Of a stretch of 64,000 bases of DNA, positions 15,784 through 30,135 are shown piece after piece; position 1 is the stretch's first letter; every line of letters starts with the position of its first letter. Below the pieces are notes generated by a model. The model did no database searches, had not been told where the DNA came from, and saw only the letters and a list, made by a program, of their open reading frames with translations. This DNA is from Lytechinus pictus (taxonomy: Eukaryota), in contig NC_087251.1 in NCBI RefSeq assembly GCF_037042905.1, forward strand, positions 9,984,001 to 10,048,000, in the 5' to 3' direction. A program made the translations under genes and the position numbers.

Positions 15784-15903
15784 GGTATAATGCGTATGCA
15801 TGGAGCAAGGGGCGATCGTTTCATCTATCTATTTGAACGGGCGCTTCTCATTGGAAAGAAACATGAGAACACAAATCTCATCAGTATTAAGACTCAAATC
15901 ACA
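15784..15903 (+). CDS. PLEKHG1: PLEKHG-family exon, PH domain
   Basis: aacag acceptor, gtaaga donor, 120 nt, phase 0-0. Encodes GIMRMHGARGDRFIYLFERALLIGKKHENTNLISIKTQIT. Confidence 0.9.
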
Positions 15904-18057
15904 GTAAGAAACCTCTCTTTTTTACTTATACTGCTAATTTATGATCGAATGGATTCCACTTTTGTTATGTCATGTGTAGCACTTTTTAACATAGTAACTT
16001 GGTAACATATAATAATAATAATAATGATAATAATACAGGTAAACTTGCATAAATCATTCCTCCTTTCATCATAGACACAACTAAGGCAGAGTTACTTGTA
16101 GATATTACATTTTGAGTATCTAAATTAAAGTTTGACAATTATTTGTCAATTGTACAGTATTCATTTTTATGTTTGAGCAAGGGTTGGCTTGTGCAGACTG
16201 AAATGTCCATCTAAAGAGACTAATTTGTTATTGAAGGGACAGAGGACTATTGGATATCATCTAAAATTGGAATGTTATTACCGACTAAAGAACAACAGGT
16301 CCACACCCATGAAAGGATATCACTCAACTTTCAACTTATTAGGCCTATAGCGACAATCTGTCTACATACCCTGCATACTAGACAACATATTCACCTGTAT
16401 GTAGGATGTAGGAATTTCTTTTCATTTCACCTGCAGTTAATGTGTTTCCTCTCTTGAAATTATTTAACTTAAGTTGCTATTAAAGTTAGTTATTCAAAGG
16501 AGTTTCATTCCCTTGCCTATTCAATATCTTGGGTTTTGAAAAAAAAGAAAATAAAATATAGTAAAATGAGACTGTTTATGAAGAACTCCCACCCTCCTCT
16601 TTCTGTCAAACTCAATGAAATAAAACTAGATCATAGAATATACATTACTCTGAAACAAAAAGTAAATACATTATCTATCTATTGATAACAGAAAGAATAG
16701 TATAAATAAGCTTTCATGTGTAAAGGATAATCGGATATTATGTCTGCACCCATCGCTTCTATTTTATTTACATTTGTTTGAAGGTTAGTTTACCAAGTAA
16801 CTTTCACTTCAGTATAGGGTGGGTTTATTGAATCAAGACTAACACAAATGTTAGCTAAAACATTCCAGTGTAAATCAGATTGTTATTTTTCTAAACTTCA
16901 ACATTCTATCTAATATTTCATTTGTAATTTGTTATCAGTGAAATAAAATTGAATTTGATATTGCTTTGTCATATCATATCATAAAACACTCTATGTGCAA
17001 TACATTTTTAAGTTTTCATCACAATATTTGAGAAAAGGTGTGTGTATTCTATTATATTCAAATTCCGCATTCAGGAGACAGTGTTTATTCATTTCATCAT
17101 GTTATGATTGCATATAAATATCTTGTGAATGATAGGACTCCATACTGTTGAAATAGAATTTAAAAAATTACATATGCTGCAGACATTGTATGAATACTTT
17201 CTCTCTAAACAACACAACAAAACACAGTTTTTAAATCAGATTTATGATTGCGAATGTTGGTTTTAAATGTCCCTTTACACACCGATATGGGTCCCAGAAG
17301 AAATAAAACTGCTCATTCCATGATTGTGGATTAAACTAAACTTGTCAAATTCTTCAGTCATTCTTCAGTATCTAATGTACTCGGTCTCTTTGACTTCGAC
17401 TCTCTATTCCCTTAGAGCAAAATTCCAGCAATATCTGAATAACATTCCAGACATGAACCATGTTTGCTCTTGAGGTTATTTGTTTGACTTTGGGGTAATG
17501 TTTGCTAAGTAAATATGACAAGGGAAGTATGTCAGAGATCTTACACTGTAGATCCTCAAGCAATAATAACTAGATAATTGTCTGTCAAATCAAATGCAAC
17601 TTGCAACTTATGAATTTGCAATTGTTGACAGGAACTATTTTTTGCTGGAGGCTGTAATAGTCCTCATTCAATGTAGGCATTCCAGTATGATGCTAAGAAT
17701 GTTAAGCAATAAAGTATATTATCTATTGCTTCGCTATTGCATGAGCTACTTTGATTCCTGTTTATAAGAAAGTGGAATATTGACACTTTACTGGGAAAAA
17801 ATGGACTAAACTATCTAGGAAGATGGGAAATTATGTTTTTTATACCAAATAGTTTCTTTGTCCATTTCCAACAAACTCTTAAATTCTCTCCATCTACTTA
17901 CTAACAATGCAAAATTTTGTTAATGATAAGAACATTTCTCTAAATTTTGTCAATTTTTGAAAAGGAAATTATCACAATTATAGTTTTGATTCAATTATCC
18001 TTGCATTAGTTGATAACCTGATTACCAATGTTTCATATCCTTTTGTTTTATTTACAG

Positions 18058-18153
18058 TGTGCCAATTTGATGCTTATAGAAAGCGTACCCAAAGAACCTC
18101 TCGGCTTCAATGTGATTCCTTTTGATAACTCAGACTTACAGTACACCATTCTT
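18058..18153 (+). CDS. PLEKHG1: PLEKHG-family exon, PH domain
   Basis: ttacag acceptor, gtaagt donor, 96 nt. Encodes CANLMLIESVPKEPLGFNVIPFDNSDLQYTIL (family motif CxNLMLxExxPKEPLSF). Not in the ORF track; translated by hand. Confidence 0.92.
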
Positions 18154-18621
18154 GTAAGTAATCCTTTCTTTCTTCAATTATCCTAGGAACGGTTATTAAT
18201 AGTAGTTTTTTGACGTAATCTTGATGCTCCTAATTACAACAACTACTTTATATCTATTATGACTTTCTATCTTGTTCTTTTTCAAGCAGCAAGAAGCAAC
18301 TTAGAAATGTCATACATTTTCATCTAATTCTTCTACTTTTGCTGACACTTTCATTTTTTTAAATCAAACTTGTTGTACCAGTACCCGCTAACTTTCCTTC
18401 TTTTTTTATATGTTATGTGTACATCAATTAACTCAAATGGTTTTCATTAACATTTGTCTGACATACTTTCAAGCAATTGATTTAAAAAAATTTGCAAAGT
18501 TTTTGAAATACTGTCTTGACAACTAGTCCGGACACGAAACAACTGGGTACAGTATCATTTTTTTCATTATTAGAGTTCTCTATGGAAAATGTGTTCATTA
18601 TGTTTTTTTTCTACTTTGTAG

Positions 18622-18733
18622 GCTAAATCTCAGGAGCAGAAGAAGCAATGGACCCATGAAATAAAGAGACTTATCCTTGAAAACTACCAGAGCAACATTC
18701 CTACCAAAGTCAAAGAACTTATCCTCGGTACAA
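18622..18733 (+). CDS. PLEKHG1: PLEKHG-family exon, end of PH domain
   Basis: ttgtag acceptor, gtaagc donor, 112 nt, phase 0-1. Encodes AKSQEQKKQWTHEIKRLILENYQSNIPTKVKELILGT (family motif AKSxxxKxxW..IKRLILEN). Confidence 0.92.
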
Positions 18734-21700
18734 GTAAGCATTGTATTTGATCTTAAACCCTTGTAAATTTTGTAAGATGATTTTACATTTGATAAAGGCA
18801 TTATACCTTATCACCAGGTCCCGTAGAAATGACCTTTGGCCATCAGTCCTCTGGGTCTCTTCTAACAAGCATGCATGCTTTGATGATAGGAAAATTTGAT
18901 TGCTTTGAAGTAAAGCAAGGGATATTGGTGAGAATAAATGCCTTACCAAAGACTTCTTGCAAATCAAATTGGTTTTAAGACTGGGTTATGGGACCAAAGC
19001 TCCAACAATTACTATACCAACTGAGCTACATTTTCTCTAGTTGATGCTTCAGAATATGAATGAATAAATCTTCATGTATAGATCTATTGCTACTTGTACT
19101 TGTTGGTGGTCACAGCAAATGATGTTAATCAATGTTACATCAAATGGGTGGAGTTAATTGTTCTTAGGAAGGAAGTGAGAACCATTGTCTAATGCACAAG
19201 ATTGTGTGGCTTAATCTCAATGCCCTTGTTATGTACAATACAACTCCATGATAATAAGATGGTATTGCTTTGAGATGCCCTCTGTGACGTCACAGAATGG
19301 CTTAGGAGATAAACATCTGCAATGACTGCGGTTGATAAATCATCAATGACATTAGATTTAGAAGAGCTTGGCTGTTTAGGGGTCCCTTGTTTCCAGAGTG
19401 AGATTCCATCGGACAAAAATTGAAGTTGAAGAGGAAATGGTGATTTCTGGTTGCTTCCATGATGGACTTGCTTGTCATGGTCTGTACCACAGGATCAACG
19501 CCTACCCCTTCTGTGATTCATACTTCCTCTCAATTAGACACCCTTAACCATCCTCCAGATTCCTAAAAGGGTATATGGTGGGAGAGGGAGAGATCAAAAC
19601 AAAGTGGGAAGAAATCGAGGGAGGGTAAGAAAAGATACTTAAGCAAGTCTATGGATGAGAGGGGTTGAAAAAGACAGGGAATATGGAGAGAAAAGATAGA
19701 AAAAATATATAAAAACAATTTGTAAGATTTTAGAGAAAACAAGAAAGAGAAAGATAGGATAATTGAGACAAAGAAGAAAAGTTGTAAAGATAGTGAGGAT
19801 AGGAACAAAACAATATAAAGCAAGGATGAATGACACAAGAAAGAATGGCATTTGTAATTTCATCAGTTTCAGGATTGAATTTGATGATTATAGTTAAGGT
19901 TGGTAAAGATGCTTGATTTAGGGTGAAAGAACCATGTTTCAAAGCAATTGCTAGTCTTTGGAGTGAATAAAGTATTGCATGAATGAAGCGATTGACTGGA
20001 AGAATCTAAACAAAAATACATTCTGTCTAAAAAATGTATTTATAATTTTGAAAGTCATAATCACATTATGGCAGCCTCAGCAAGAACGGGTCAGATGTTA
20101 CTCATAACACTCAAGGATGTTGATCGTGAGGAAGAAAGGTGATTGGGGAAATAAGGTTGGGCTTCACATAACATACTGTTGCTTTCAACATTTGGATCTC
20201 ATTGAATCCAATGAGATGCTTGAGGGTTTATAGGTCATGTGATATCCTTTCAAGCAACTGTTTAAGATTATTAAACCATATTTAAAATTAGATAATGATC
20301 TGTATGTGAGTTTCATGATGTATCCTTTAGCTGCCATTCCAATTCATCAAAAGCAGGTGTATTTTGTTCAATGTTTTAATTTAAAAAGTCAATCAGTGTG
20401 ATAACGATATAAAAAATGGTTTGAAACTGGTAATAAAATGTTTAGGTGTGACTACATACCTTTCTAGCTTTCCACAGCATATTCTTCAATACCATCAATT
20501 ATGATCATTCAGAATTGAGATAAACCTATCATTGTGACTTAAATTGGCCAGTTAAGCATTCTTCCAATTTTCAAATAGCAGAATTGAAATGATTTTGATA
20601 TTATTCTATGAACAGGTAGATTCACAAACTAGGAAGTTAATACATTTCTAGATTATTGGTGAAACCAACTTGGAAGGGTATTACCTTGATAAAGGTAGTG
20701 TAGATAGTTTGGTTGTAGAATTCACTCGCATATACATCATCAACAACTTCACTTCTCTGTCAACATCATGTACCATTGAGAGAGCTTAATTTATTAAGTT
20801 GATCATGTATCATAATCTGTCTTGAATTATTGCAATAGTCATGAACTTATCAAAAGACCATCTTTCCAGCCAATGAAATGTTTCCTACAACTTACTTCCT
20901 TTGCTCTGTAATAGCTGGGCTTAAATCATGATAATTGCCTTGCATATGGGAAACATCCTGTGATTATAGACTTATTCAAGATTGTTGGGAAGTGATCTGT
21001 GATTATCTCCCAGATGTGGGATCAGAATTCTAAAAATGTCATCGTTCTGTCTGTCAAATAGAAGTTAGCAGATAGAAAATGTTTTAAAGATGTAGAATTT
21101 GTTTTTCTTTATATTCATTTCATGGAGTCTGAGGGCGTGTCATCTTGTTAGAAGAGCTACAATGTGATCAATTCAGTGAGGCGTTGATTACTTTGACCTT
21201 GACTTCCTGACATCTGAGGGGGCGAAATAGTGAAGAAACATCAAGAAATCCCTGTTTTTACTGTCTAGAACCAAAATTTGTCATCTTGAATTTGATTTTG
21301 TGTGTGTGTGTGTGATTGTGAAATTGTGAAATAATTTCTTATCGTTAGAATATAATAAGGTTTCCTTCAGAGGTGACTAAATTACCTCACCTGGGATCTT
21401 GATGAATTTATTCTTGGAAGAGACTTTGTCTTGAGTTGTGATACTTCACTCATCCAATCAATAAACTGCTTCTAGTCTCGGCTTCCTTTACGAGTGGAAG
21501 GGCTTTAATTTGTTACCAATCTATCCAACTTCTGTTTTACCTTTCTCAAAATGAATAATTTCCCCATGGGGGTATAGAGATTGCTTCTTAAGAATCACAT
21601 GGCTCAAGTCCAAGTTGGCATTTGTCATCAACGCTAAGACTTAATGCAACCCAATGAGGTGAGATGAATAGGGAAAGAATGGGTTTTGTCCCGTCTGCAT

Positions 21701-22297
21701 GGAGAGCTTCCTAATCATAGAAAGACGGATATGGGTCATACTTTACAAATCTAAAATCTATTTCAGACCTTCCTCTGTTTGTGATGGTGATTAGTGGGAA
21801 GGGCTTATTTTCATTCTTTTGTTCATTTTCAAATTCAATTTTGTATTGAACTGTTAGTGCTCAATATAGGGGGGGGGGGCAGCTTGTGGGATATGGGATA
21901 TTTTTTACATTTGTTTGGTGGATTGTCATGAGCCCCTTCCCCTACAACTGTTTCCCCCTATAGTTTCATGATCTAGTATTAAAAAACATTCCTCTCTAAC
22001 TCTGATTAAAGGCAATTGTCACTCAGACATAAAAAGATTGTAATATCCCTTCAAAGTAAATAAATATACGAGAAATAAAAGCAAATTACTGATGACTGAA
22101 GTTCGTAGTGCATGGTACAATCCTTGTTGTTTCGAGCGTGGAGGACATGCAAGAAATCTTATTGATTTTTTAAATATTTCCTTTGGCAATAGGATATAGG
22201 GCTCACAGCCAATCAAAATCAAGGCTCCCATGGAATTACCGTTGATGGTAAAATTGTTCCCAATTGTCAGTTTAATGCAATGTTCTTTGATAGATTG

Positions 22298-22592
22298 GTG
22301 GAGCATTGTGGCTCAGTGGATTGGTCTTCTGACTTTGAGACGGAGGGTCATGGGTTCGAATCCCAGCCATGGCGTTATTTCCTTCAGCAAGAAATTTATC
22401 CACATTGTGCTGTACTCAACACAGTTTAGGTGAATGGGGACCCAGCAGGATTAATTCCTTGAATGCATGAGCGCTGAAAGGCAGCTCGAGCTAAAGCCAG
22501 GGTAATAATAATAACAACGCGCCTCAGAATAGAATATTTCTAGATAGATGGCGCTATATAAATACCTATTATGATTATTATTATTATTATTA
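22298..22592 (+). mobile_element. tRNA-derived SINE
   Basis: Pol III A box TGGCTCAGTGG (22309-22319) and B box GGTTCGAATCC (22353-22363); 3' tail GATGGCGCTATATAAAT plus (TTA)n. Head homologous to the copy at 44483. Confidence 0.88.
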
Positions 22593-22716
22593 GATTTTGA
22601 AAAAAAGGTATTCTTTAAAAACTGTTCCCCTACACAATCATTTTGAAGTTCTAGTTATAATGATTTATATTATAACGTACATCTGTTTCTTATATTCACA
22701 ATATTTGATCAATCAG

Positions 22717-22890
22717 GAGCAGCTAAGAATGCTAAAGACGAGATTGAGACGGAAAGCAAAGCATTACCATCATCACCTCAAGAGCCTTCCATGTCAAGGG
22801 ACAGGAAAGAACGCAAATCTCGCAAGAAACACAAACGACGCAACTCTGAACCCATGGGCAAGCTACAGAGGGGACAAAAACAGGTCAAAG
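22717..22890 (+). CDS. PLEKHG1: PLEKHG-family exon after the PH domain
   Basis: atcag acceptor, gtgagg donor, 174 nt, phase 1-1, open in the continuing frame: (R)AAKNAKDEIETESKALPSSPQEPSMSRDRKERKSRKKHKRRNSEPMGKLQRGQKQVK. RRNSEP recalls vertebrate RRQSEP. Confidence 0.85.
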
Positions 22891-23674
22891 GTGAGGAGAT
22901 TTATTAGGAATAGAGTCGCATCATATCATTTGTCATCTTGTCAGACGTGCCAAAGGTTGCATTGGAATTAGATTTTATGGGAGATTCAACTTCACACAAA
23001 AGGTATTTGGTAAGGTTTAAGTAAAGGAGACACCATCTGTTTAAATGAATTAAAATTTTGAGTTTTGTTAGAATTTTTTTTTGTCAATTTCATAGGGGTT
23101 GAAATCTACAGCAAGTTTCTTGAAAAATGAAATTCAGTGAACAACTTGACTGGAGCAGATTATTGAATTCCCGGTTTTCGTTGGAAATAGAAACTACCCT
23201 GAAGTAAAAAAAAATGATGATGAAATGGTCATTGTTATTCATTTCTATGGCAATCAAGGTCTGGTTGTCCTACTCTCCCATTAACCATGCCCCCTGCCTA
23301 CATCCATTCTACATTCCTTACATCTTTTATCTCCCCTTTAAATTGGCCTTCAGACGGCCTAACTGTTTGACATTTGGACTTGATACTCTGAACAGAGTGT
23401 AATTAATCCAACTTATTTTTAGAGACTGTCGGTCGGTAATAGCGCATGTCACAGAGCATCAGCCAATTAAAGGAGCCCATGGTTATGACATGAGCTGTCA
23501 GGGAAGCACGGTAGCAGACAATTCTATCCCCCCTTGCTCCTCTCGACTGGTTTGTGAACCCAGGGAATAGGGAAGTCTTATATAGAGAGGGGAAGAGAGG
23601 GAGGGGGAGAAGAGATGAGAGGGTGAAGGAAGTGAATGGGTGAGGCAGGAAGGCTTAATTTATATCCAATTTAT

Positions 23675-23829
23675 GATGGTGATTGTGATGATCAACGATG
23701 ATGGTAGTGATAATGGTGCTTATGATGGTAGTGATGACGACGATGGTGATGATGATGATGGTGATGATGATGAGATGGTGATGATGATGATGATGATGAT
23801 GATGGTGATGGTGATGGTGATGGTGATGG

Positions 23830-23909
<80 letters not shown>

Positions 23910-23955
23910 GTGGTGGTGATGGTGATGGTGATGGTGATGACGATGATTATGATTG
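23675..23955. repeat. (GAT/GGT)n microsatellite
   Basis: Directly visible; source of the poly-M, poly-D and poly-H ORFs. Confidence 0.95.
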
Positions 23956-25717
23956 ATGGAGCAAAAATTCATTGGAATATTGAAAAGAAGAGAACCCCTG
24001 CAAAAAGCACAACAGCTTGTTTGTAATCTGTCTTTATTTGGTATGCAGAAAAGAACGAGAATTCAGGATGAGTGAAGAATGTTTACGACTCGTGAGATAT
24101 ACAGACAGAGAGGAAGAACAATAATTGTTTTTTTACCATGCTTCTTCCCTTTCACAATAAATATTAGTGTATAATAAGAAGATGAAAGAGAGTGGGCATC
24201 AAGAGATTTCTACCTGAGAAAAAATAGAGACACTGTCTGCACTTGTGTCTGAGTCTTCACCTCATAGCATGAAATTTGACTTGAGTCCAAGTTAAGGGAG
24301 AAGTGTGTCTGTCATTATGAATAAATACTCACGCCCCCTAACGACTAAGGAGTTGTTTTGCTCCTTAGACAAGAGCCCTGGATGAACTTCCTCTGACCCT
24401 ACTCAATCAGGCCCGCATTTTTGTCTTTTGTTTGTTATTGGAGAATAAAGGCAATATAAATTTGTATTAAAAAAAATCATTTAATTTTGGTCAAAAGAAT
24501 ATCAGAACTTTCATTATGACCCATATTTTCTTTGGTAAACAAATTTTGCATTTACTGGAATCAACTTCTTTTCTGGTACTCCAACGAATCACTTTTGAAT
24601 ATTTTTGAAAGGTTACCAAAATTTAGAGGTTTTAGTTTGAATTGGTCATTATTTCAATTGTTTCCTCTGCAGATTTTTTGTCTTCAATTTTTATGAAAAT
24701 TCACAATTTTCCAAAATGTAACATTCATTCAGGTAACAAAAGTCACATAAATCATTCCAGAACATGACCTGTCTCAAAACCTCAGGGAATAAAGACAACA
24801 TCAAGGTAATCTCTAGGACATCATGAAAGTTTTACTATCAAGGTCCTGCCTGGCATAGCGCCATCTGACAATAAGAACTTGTTTCCTGTCCATATCATAT
24901 GACTTCATGCTCCATCTTCCAAAAGATAACTTCTAGTTGCTAAGATTTCATTCTATCAAAGATTGAAAATGTATAAAAAGGTATATAAATGTCATCAGTA
25001 ATGCAATAGATGATTTATACAAATCTCATGGGAGTGAGAAAGTATGTATTATAATGTGGTTAATCATAAAGGATAAACAGTCTGTTGTATGAAAAATGGT
25101 TTAATGCAAGTGGTATGTCTGATTTGAAATGTAAAGTTGGCAAAGACTGTCTCTACTGTTTGAAGCTTAAGATATGAAAACAACAAAGGAATAGGATTGG
25201 GCAACCCATGATGAAGAGGAAACATCAGTTTTATAACCAAATTCAAATAGAAAGTGAAGTGAGGAAAGGAGATAGAGGTAGGGATAGATGGGCAGGATTA
25301 GAGTTCCAGGGATATAGCTCTGACACAACTTCCTCTCAGACAAGGTATACTTCTCTGCCCCCTCCCTCTCGACCCCTCTACCTCTAACAAGGCCCCCCTT
25401 CACCTTACCAATGGGGTCTACCCTGCTCGTAGCCCCTGGAAACCACTTCCTGTGCGTAAAAACAAACCTGACTGAATTTAGAAGGAACACCCAGTCACAT
25501 ACGGATGATTAGAAGGGATGAAAATCAGAAATGAAATAAAGCTGAATTGGTTTCAGTGTAGTGATTCATGAGACTTTCAGTTTCATTATTAGGGTAGTAT
25601 AGATCTTTATAAATTGTTTGTGGTCAGTAATTTCCTTGTTGCTTACAATGTATGATATATAGGGGGGGGGGGTCGTTCATTTATTTGAGAGGTTTAAGGA
25701 TCACATTAATTAAAGGT

Positions 25718-26025
25718 GTATGATGATGACGATGATAAATATTAATGATGGTGGTGATTGGATATTGGTATCTGAGACTGTGGTTCTGGTGGTGGTGAAG
25801 GTAATTATAATGATGTTGGCAATGAATATGATGTGGAGGAAGAAGATGATTAAGATGAGGAGAATGAGGATGATGATGATTTGGGCAATGATTATGAGAA
25901 GGAGAATGATGATAATGGGGTGGGGGATAAGAATGATGATGATGATGACTGTGGTGATAATAGTGATGATGGTGAGGAGGAGGAGGATGGTGATGATGAT
26001 GATGATGATGATGATAGTGATTATG
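25718..26025. repeat. Degenerate (GAT/GAG)n low-complexity tract
   Basis: Directly visible; source of the poly-M, poly-I and poly-D ORFs. Confidence 0.85.
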
Positions 26026-27176
26026 TATTTTGTAGTATTTTTTTCATTTTTCCTATGCAATCTTAAACTTTGATTTTTTTTCATATTTGTGTCAGCTGCT
26101 TTAGATCATTATGTTGTTTTATGTTTATGGCATTATCTGAAGTATTCCTTTTGGTAGTTTGCAGTGTTCTTATGTTGCCGTTCCCAGATTGGGCTTTGTT
26201 CTTGAAGTGTTTATGAAAGTTTTTAGTCTTTTCCTATTGCAATTCTGTCGCAACTTCCAGATGTTTTGATATTCTGCCTGTTCAAATCAAATGCAATTTG
26301 GATATTTGAATCATGATAAACCATTGTTTTACCTTTCAATTAAAATTTAAGTTATGAAATTGTCATGGAAGAAAAATGATTTGAAATCTTCTCCCCCTCC
26401 CTCTCAAAGAAACAATAGAGTTTCAGTTTCCTTTGAATGTCACAGCACAGGGTGATGGGAAATTGTAATCAGAATTAATTCTGCTTTTGCAAATGATTAT
26501 TATTGCTATTTATATAGCCTGAATATATACATGTATGCTAATTACACAGCTGAATTGATATATGCTACATAAGACCGCTCAATAAAGCAGTCTGCTTAAT
26601 TATTCTGGCATGTTGATAAGATATTTGACAAAAGAAGGATGAAGCATAAAATGATCCCAACCAGTTTGTTAAAAGTAAATTTATTTTAATTTCATTGATA
26701 TCTAATGAAAAGGATGTTATAACATACCGAGGTAATCATGGAAAGACATTCTCATTTCATATTGTTTTCATGATAACAAAGTATGTCAAAACATTCTTTT
26801 TGGAATTGAAATGAAATAGCTGTTACAAAATGCAGAGAAAACATACAGGAATTTCATTAGTTAGAAGATTAATGGTAGGAACATGATTCCACTCATATTA
26901 ACTGGAAATCAATGTGTGTTTTCTCTCCTCTTCAAACTTTCCTATTTGCCTATCCTTGGTCATGATATCTACACACATTCTGTACCATCACTCCGTCTTT
27001 ATTGCCTGTCCACCTTGTAATCTTCCATTGCATCTAACTTTAATTTCTTTACATTTTTGCATCATTTCATTTATTATCCTTTATACCACACAATATTCAT
27101 ACATTTACTTCACTCTTTTCATATCTTATATTCCTTCATTCCATCCCACTTCCACTATCTATCTATCATTTCACAG

Positions 27177-27200
27177 CCGCTGTAGAGAACATAATAATTG
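27177..27200 (+). CDS. Probable 24-nt alternatively spliced microexon of the PLEKHG-family gene
   Basis: tttcacag acceptor after a very long AG-free pyrimidine-rich tract, strong gtgagt donor, phase 1-1, frame-preserving. Encodes (A)AVENIII. Confidence 0.6.
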
Positions 27201-29890
27201 GTGAGTAATCTGCATTTCATTACCTTTTTGAAGACAAATGATAACATACCCTTTTAAAAAGAATAGAAAATAAATGGAAAAATATGTTGTGGTGTAAAAT
27301 ATCTTTTTAGATATTGTTTACTCTAATCAGTGGCTTTGAGCACTAGTACTTCCAATTTTCTTAACAAAATTGACTGACTTGGGATATGTTGTCATTTCTT
27401 CTTGAAGGATTTTTCCATTATTGGATTTAATATGTCATGTATATTTGAAGTGTATTAATGCATGATAGTTTGCACTCCATGATGAAAGTAAGAGATGTTT
27501 TCTAAGCATTCATGTAAAAATTGGATGAGCCACAATACCTGAGTACAAGATAAAGCCTTAATCTACAAGTATCACAGTGACAAGTCAATTCTATTTTTAT
27601 TTCATTCAAGTCAAAATTTGTGTCTTCATCCCTGACAATGCACATAAATTGCAAACAAAAAGTTTTAAATGGTAGTCCACTTTACCAAAAACACAAATCA
27701 AAGAATTTCTTGTAGTTTGTTCATTTGAGAATTATAAAGGGCAAATCCTACCAGTTTATATCACTATGAATATTGAAAAATTTAAATGTATGTATGTGGC
27801 TCTTAATATTGCATAGAAAACTTTTTTTCTTTCATTTACTTTAGTTTGTTGTTACTTGGTGGTGGTATATCTCTGTATGCTGCAAATAAAATCCTTTAAC
27901 TTTTATAGCTTTCTTTTGAAATGTTATTTTGATAACAATTATTGTTTTTGGTTTGCTTTGGTAATCCTCACACCTGACAGCTTTACTACAAGACTTCTGC
28001 TCTGTTATACTAGTACTTTATTGCTAAATTTGCTTTACCTATTCTGTATTTCTCTGTTTGATCTTTCATTCTTATTCTTCTCCTTGTATAGATGAAATAT
28101 TGTGCATGTTGCATGTATGAAAATGATTTATTATGTTGTATGCATGCCGCAAAGTGTACAAAAAGTATGAGTGGGGGGTTTATGATTTTTTTTTTCAAGT
28201 CAAAGGCGTTTTGTTGTATACTAGTTGAATAATCTTTGATATACCTTACCGTATAAAGAAAAATATACTTAACTTAACAATAACTTTAAAAAATCATTGT
28301 ATTGAGGTAGTGACTAATATCGATGGTATTATTAATTGCAAAACATTTGCTACACTTAGCCTTCCTAAGTTTCTGGCATATAACTTTCTATTTGGGACAA
28401 TGAATTATGCATTGAAATTGCATAGTCACCTTATATGCCACCCCAATAAAAGCTTTCTATGCTCTGCCTGGTTCCTTGCATGCATCAAGAATTGTTGATG
28501 GTCCAATGATGGATCTACAAGGAAGGGTGACTCAGCTCAGACATGCCAATGGAATAATTGATTTAGGGTCACTCACTGAAATCAACTTTAAGTGGTATGC
28601 TGACTCTGCTCTTGTCCATCATGCTCCATTGGTTTTAATTTACACTTGACGCTTAAATTTTAGGGTTGCATGGAAATATAAATCATTGAAGTAGTTATTC
28701 TTGTTTAAGGTCCTTCTTTTTTTTTCAAAGAAAACAGAATAATTATGATCTTAAGGAAGGGACAAAATAGGGTGTTATTGACAGGAGATTTAGAGTACTG
28801 GAATACAGGATTAGTCGTTTGGACTTCCATAACTTATAACTTCAGTGAGCAGTTTACTGAAATTAATATGAAAGAGAAATGCAAGTCACTTTTCATTTGA
28901 CATTTTTTCTGTAAATATCAGTGGGGAGGATTAAGGAAGGCTTATATTTGGATAACATAAGTGTCTGAGGTTGATTTTCAGGTGAATGGTATTTGACATT
29001 GTGGTATATCATACAGATATATTCACATTTATTATTTCCCCTTCAATTTGTGATAATTTCCCTAGTCAAAACCTCTTAATTATCATTTTTCAAAACCCTC
29101 CCCTATACTTTTCCAAACACTTGTGTTTAATCAGTGTTTCAGATACTAAATGATTTAGATATTTTGGGTATACAGAGCTTATCCATTATCACACATGATA
29201 GATTTTAAAAAAGGGGGAGATAAGGTCATTATTTCAAACTCTTACTTTCAAACAAACCTTTTTTGAACATTTCTAATGTTCCAAAGAATGGATGACTAAT
29301 ATGTCTGGATTGATATAATTTCAACCAAAAAGAAGAATCTAAATTAACTAGATCAATCTATTTTAAGATACCTATGAGTATGACGTATATCATTTTCAGT
29401 GCAGCTGCATGAATGCAGATGGTTTCTTGATTCTACAGCTGTTACTACTCTCCCTTAACATCATTTAAGACCTTGATCTTTAACAAAGATGATATTTTGA
29501 TTATGTTTGGCCAGTTATCTTGAGATAAAATTACTTTTTGATGGCGGAGTTCCAGTTTGTGTTTCAATTAACATCATTGCAATAAGTTTTCCATTCGTTC
29601 GTTCCTGTGGCATTTTGGAATGTTTCTCACACTGCATGGGCATGGTTCATCCTAGAAATAGCCCACTTCACTTTTGCAGAAACAAAATCAATGATTTGAA
29701 TTCTCTAGTACCAAAAGAGGCTGCCACCCAGGCCTTGTAAATAAAATAAAGCATTTAAAAAGTATTTAAAATCCTATCTGTTTTCTTCTTACTTTTTGTT
29801 GAATATGTTAAGGTAATTTGATCTGTCCATACACCCACACAATCAAACATTTTTTTCTGTAATCCCTTCCCCCCCCCCCTCTATCCCTCT

Positions 29891-30135
29891 GCGCCTCGGA
29901 ATAGTTTACTAGATAGATGGCGCATAATAAATGCTGTGTTTATTATTATTGTTATTATTATTATTATTGTTATTATTATTATTATTGTTATTATTATTAT
30001 TATTGTTATTATTATTATTATTGTTGTTGTTATTATTATTGTTATTATTATTATTGTTATTATTATTATTATTACTGTTACTATTATTATTATTATTATT
30101 ATTGTTACTATTATTATCATTATTATTTATTATTT
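29891..30135 (+). mobile_element. 5'-truncated SINE/LINE 3' end with expanded (TTA/TTG)n tail
   Basis: GCGCCTCGGAATAG...CTAGATAGATGGCGC matches the 3' end of the SINE at 22519-22555, followed by about 190 nt of TTA microsatellite. Confidence 0.75.

Noticed and set aside
22298..22375. tRNA genes at 22298 and 44483
   Set aside because: A and B boxes are present but continue into a shared SINE body and tail, without a clean acceptor stem or poly-T terminator.
22597..22971. 124-aa ORF-track translation over the exon at 22717
   Set aside because: Wrong frame; splice phase and the RRNSEP motif support the alternative frame.
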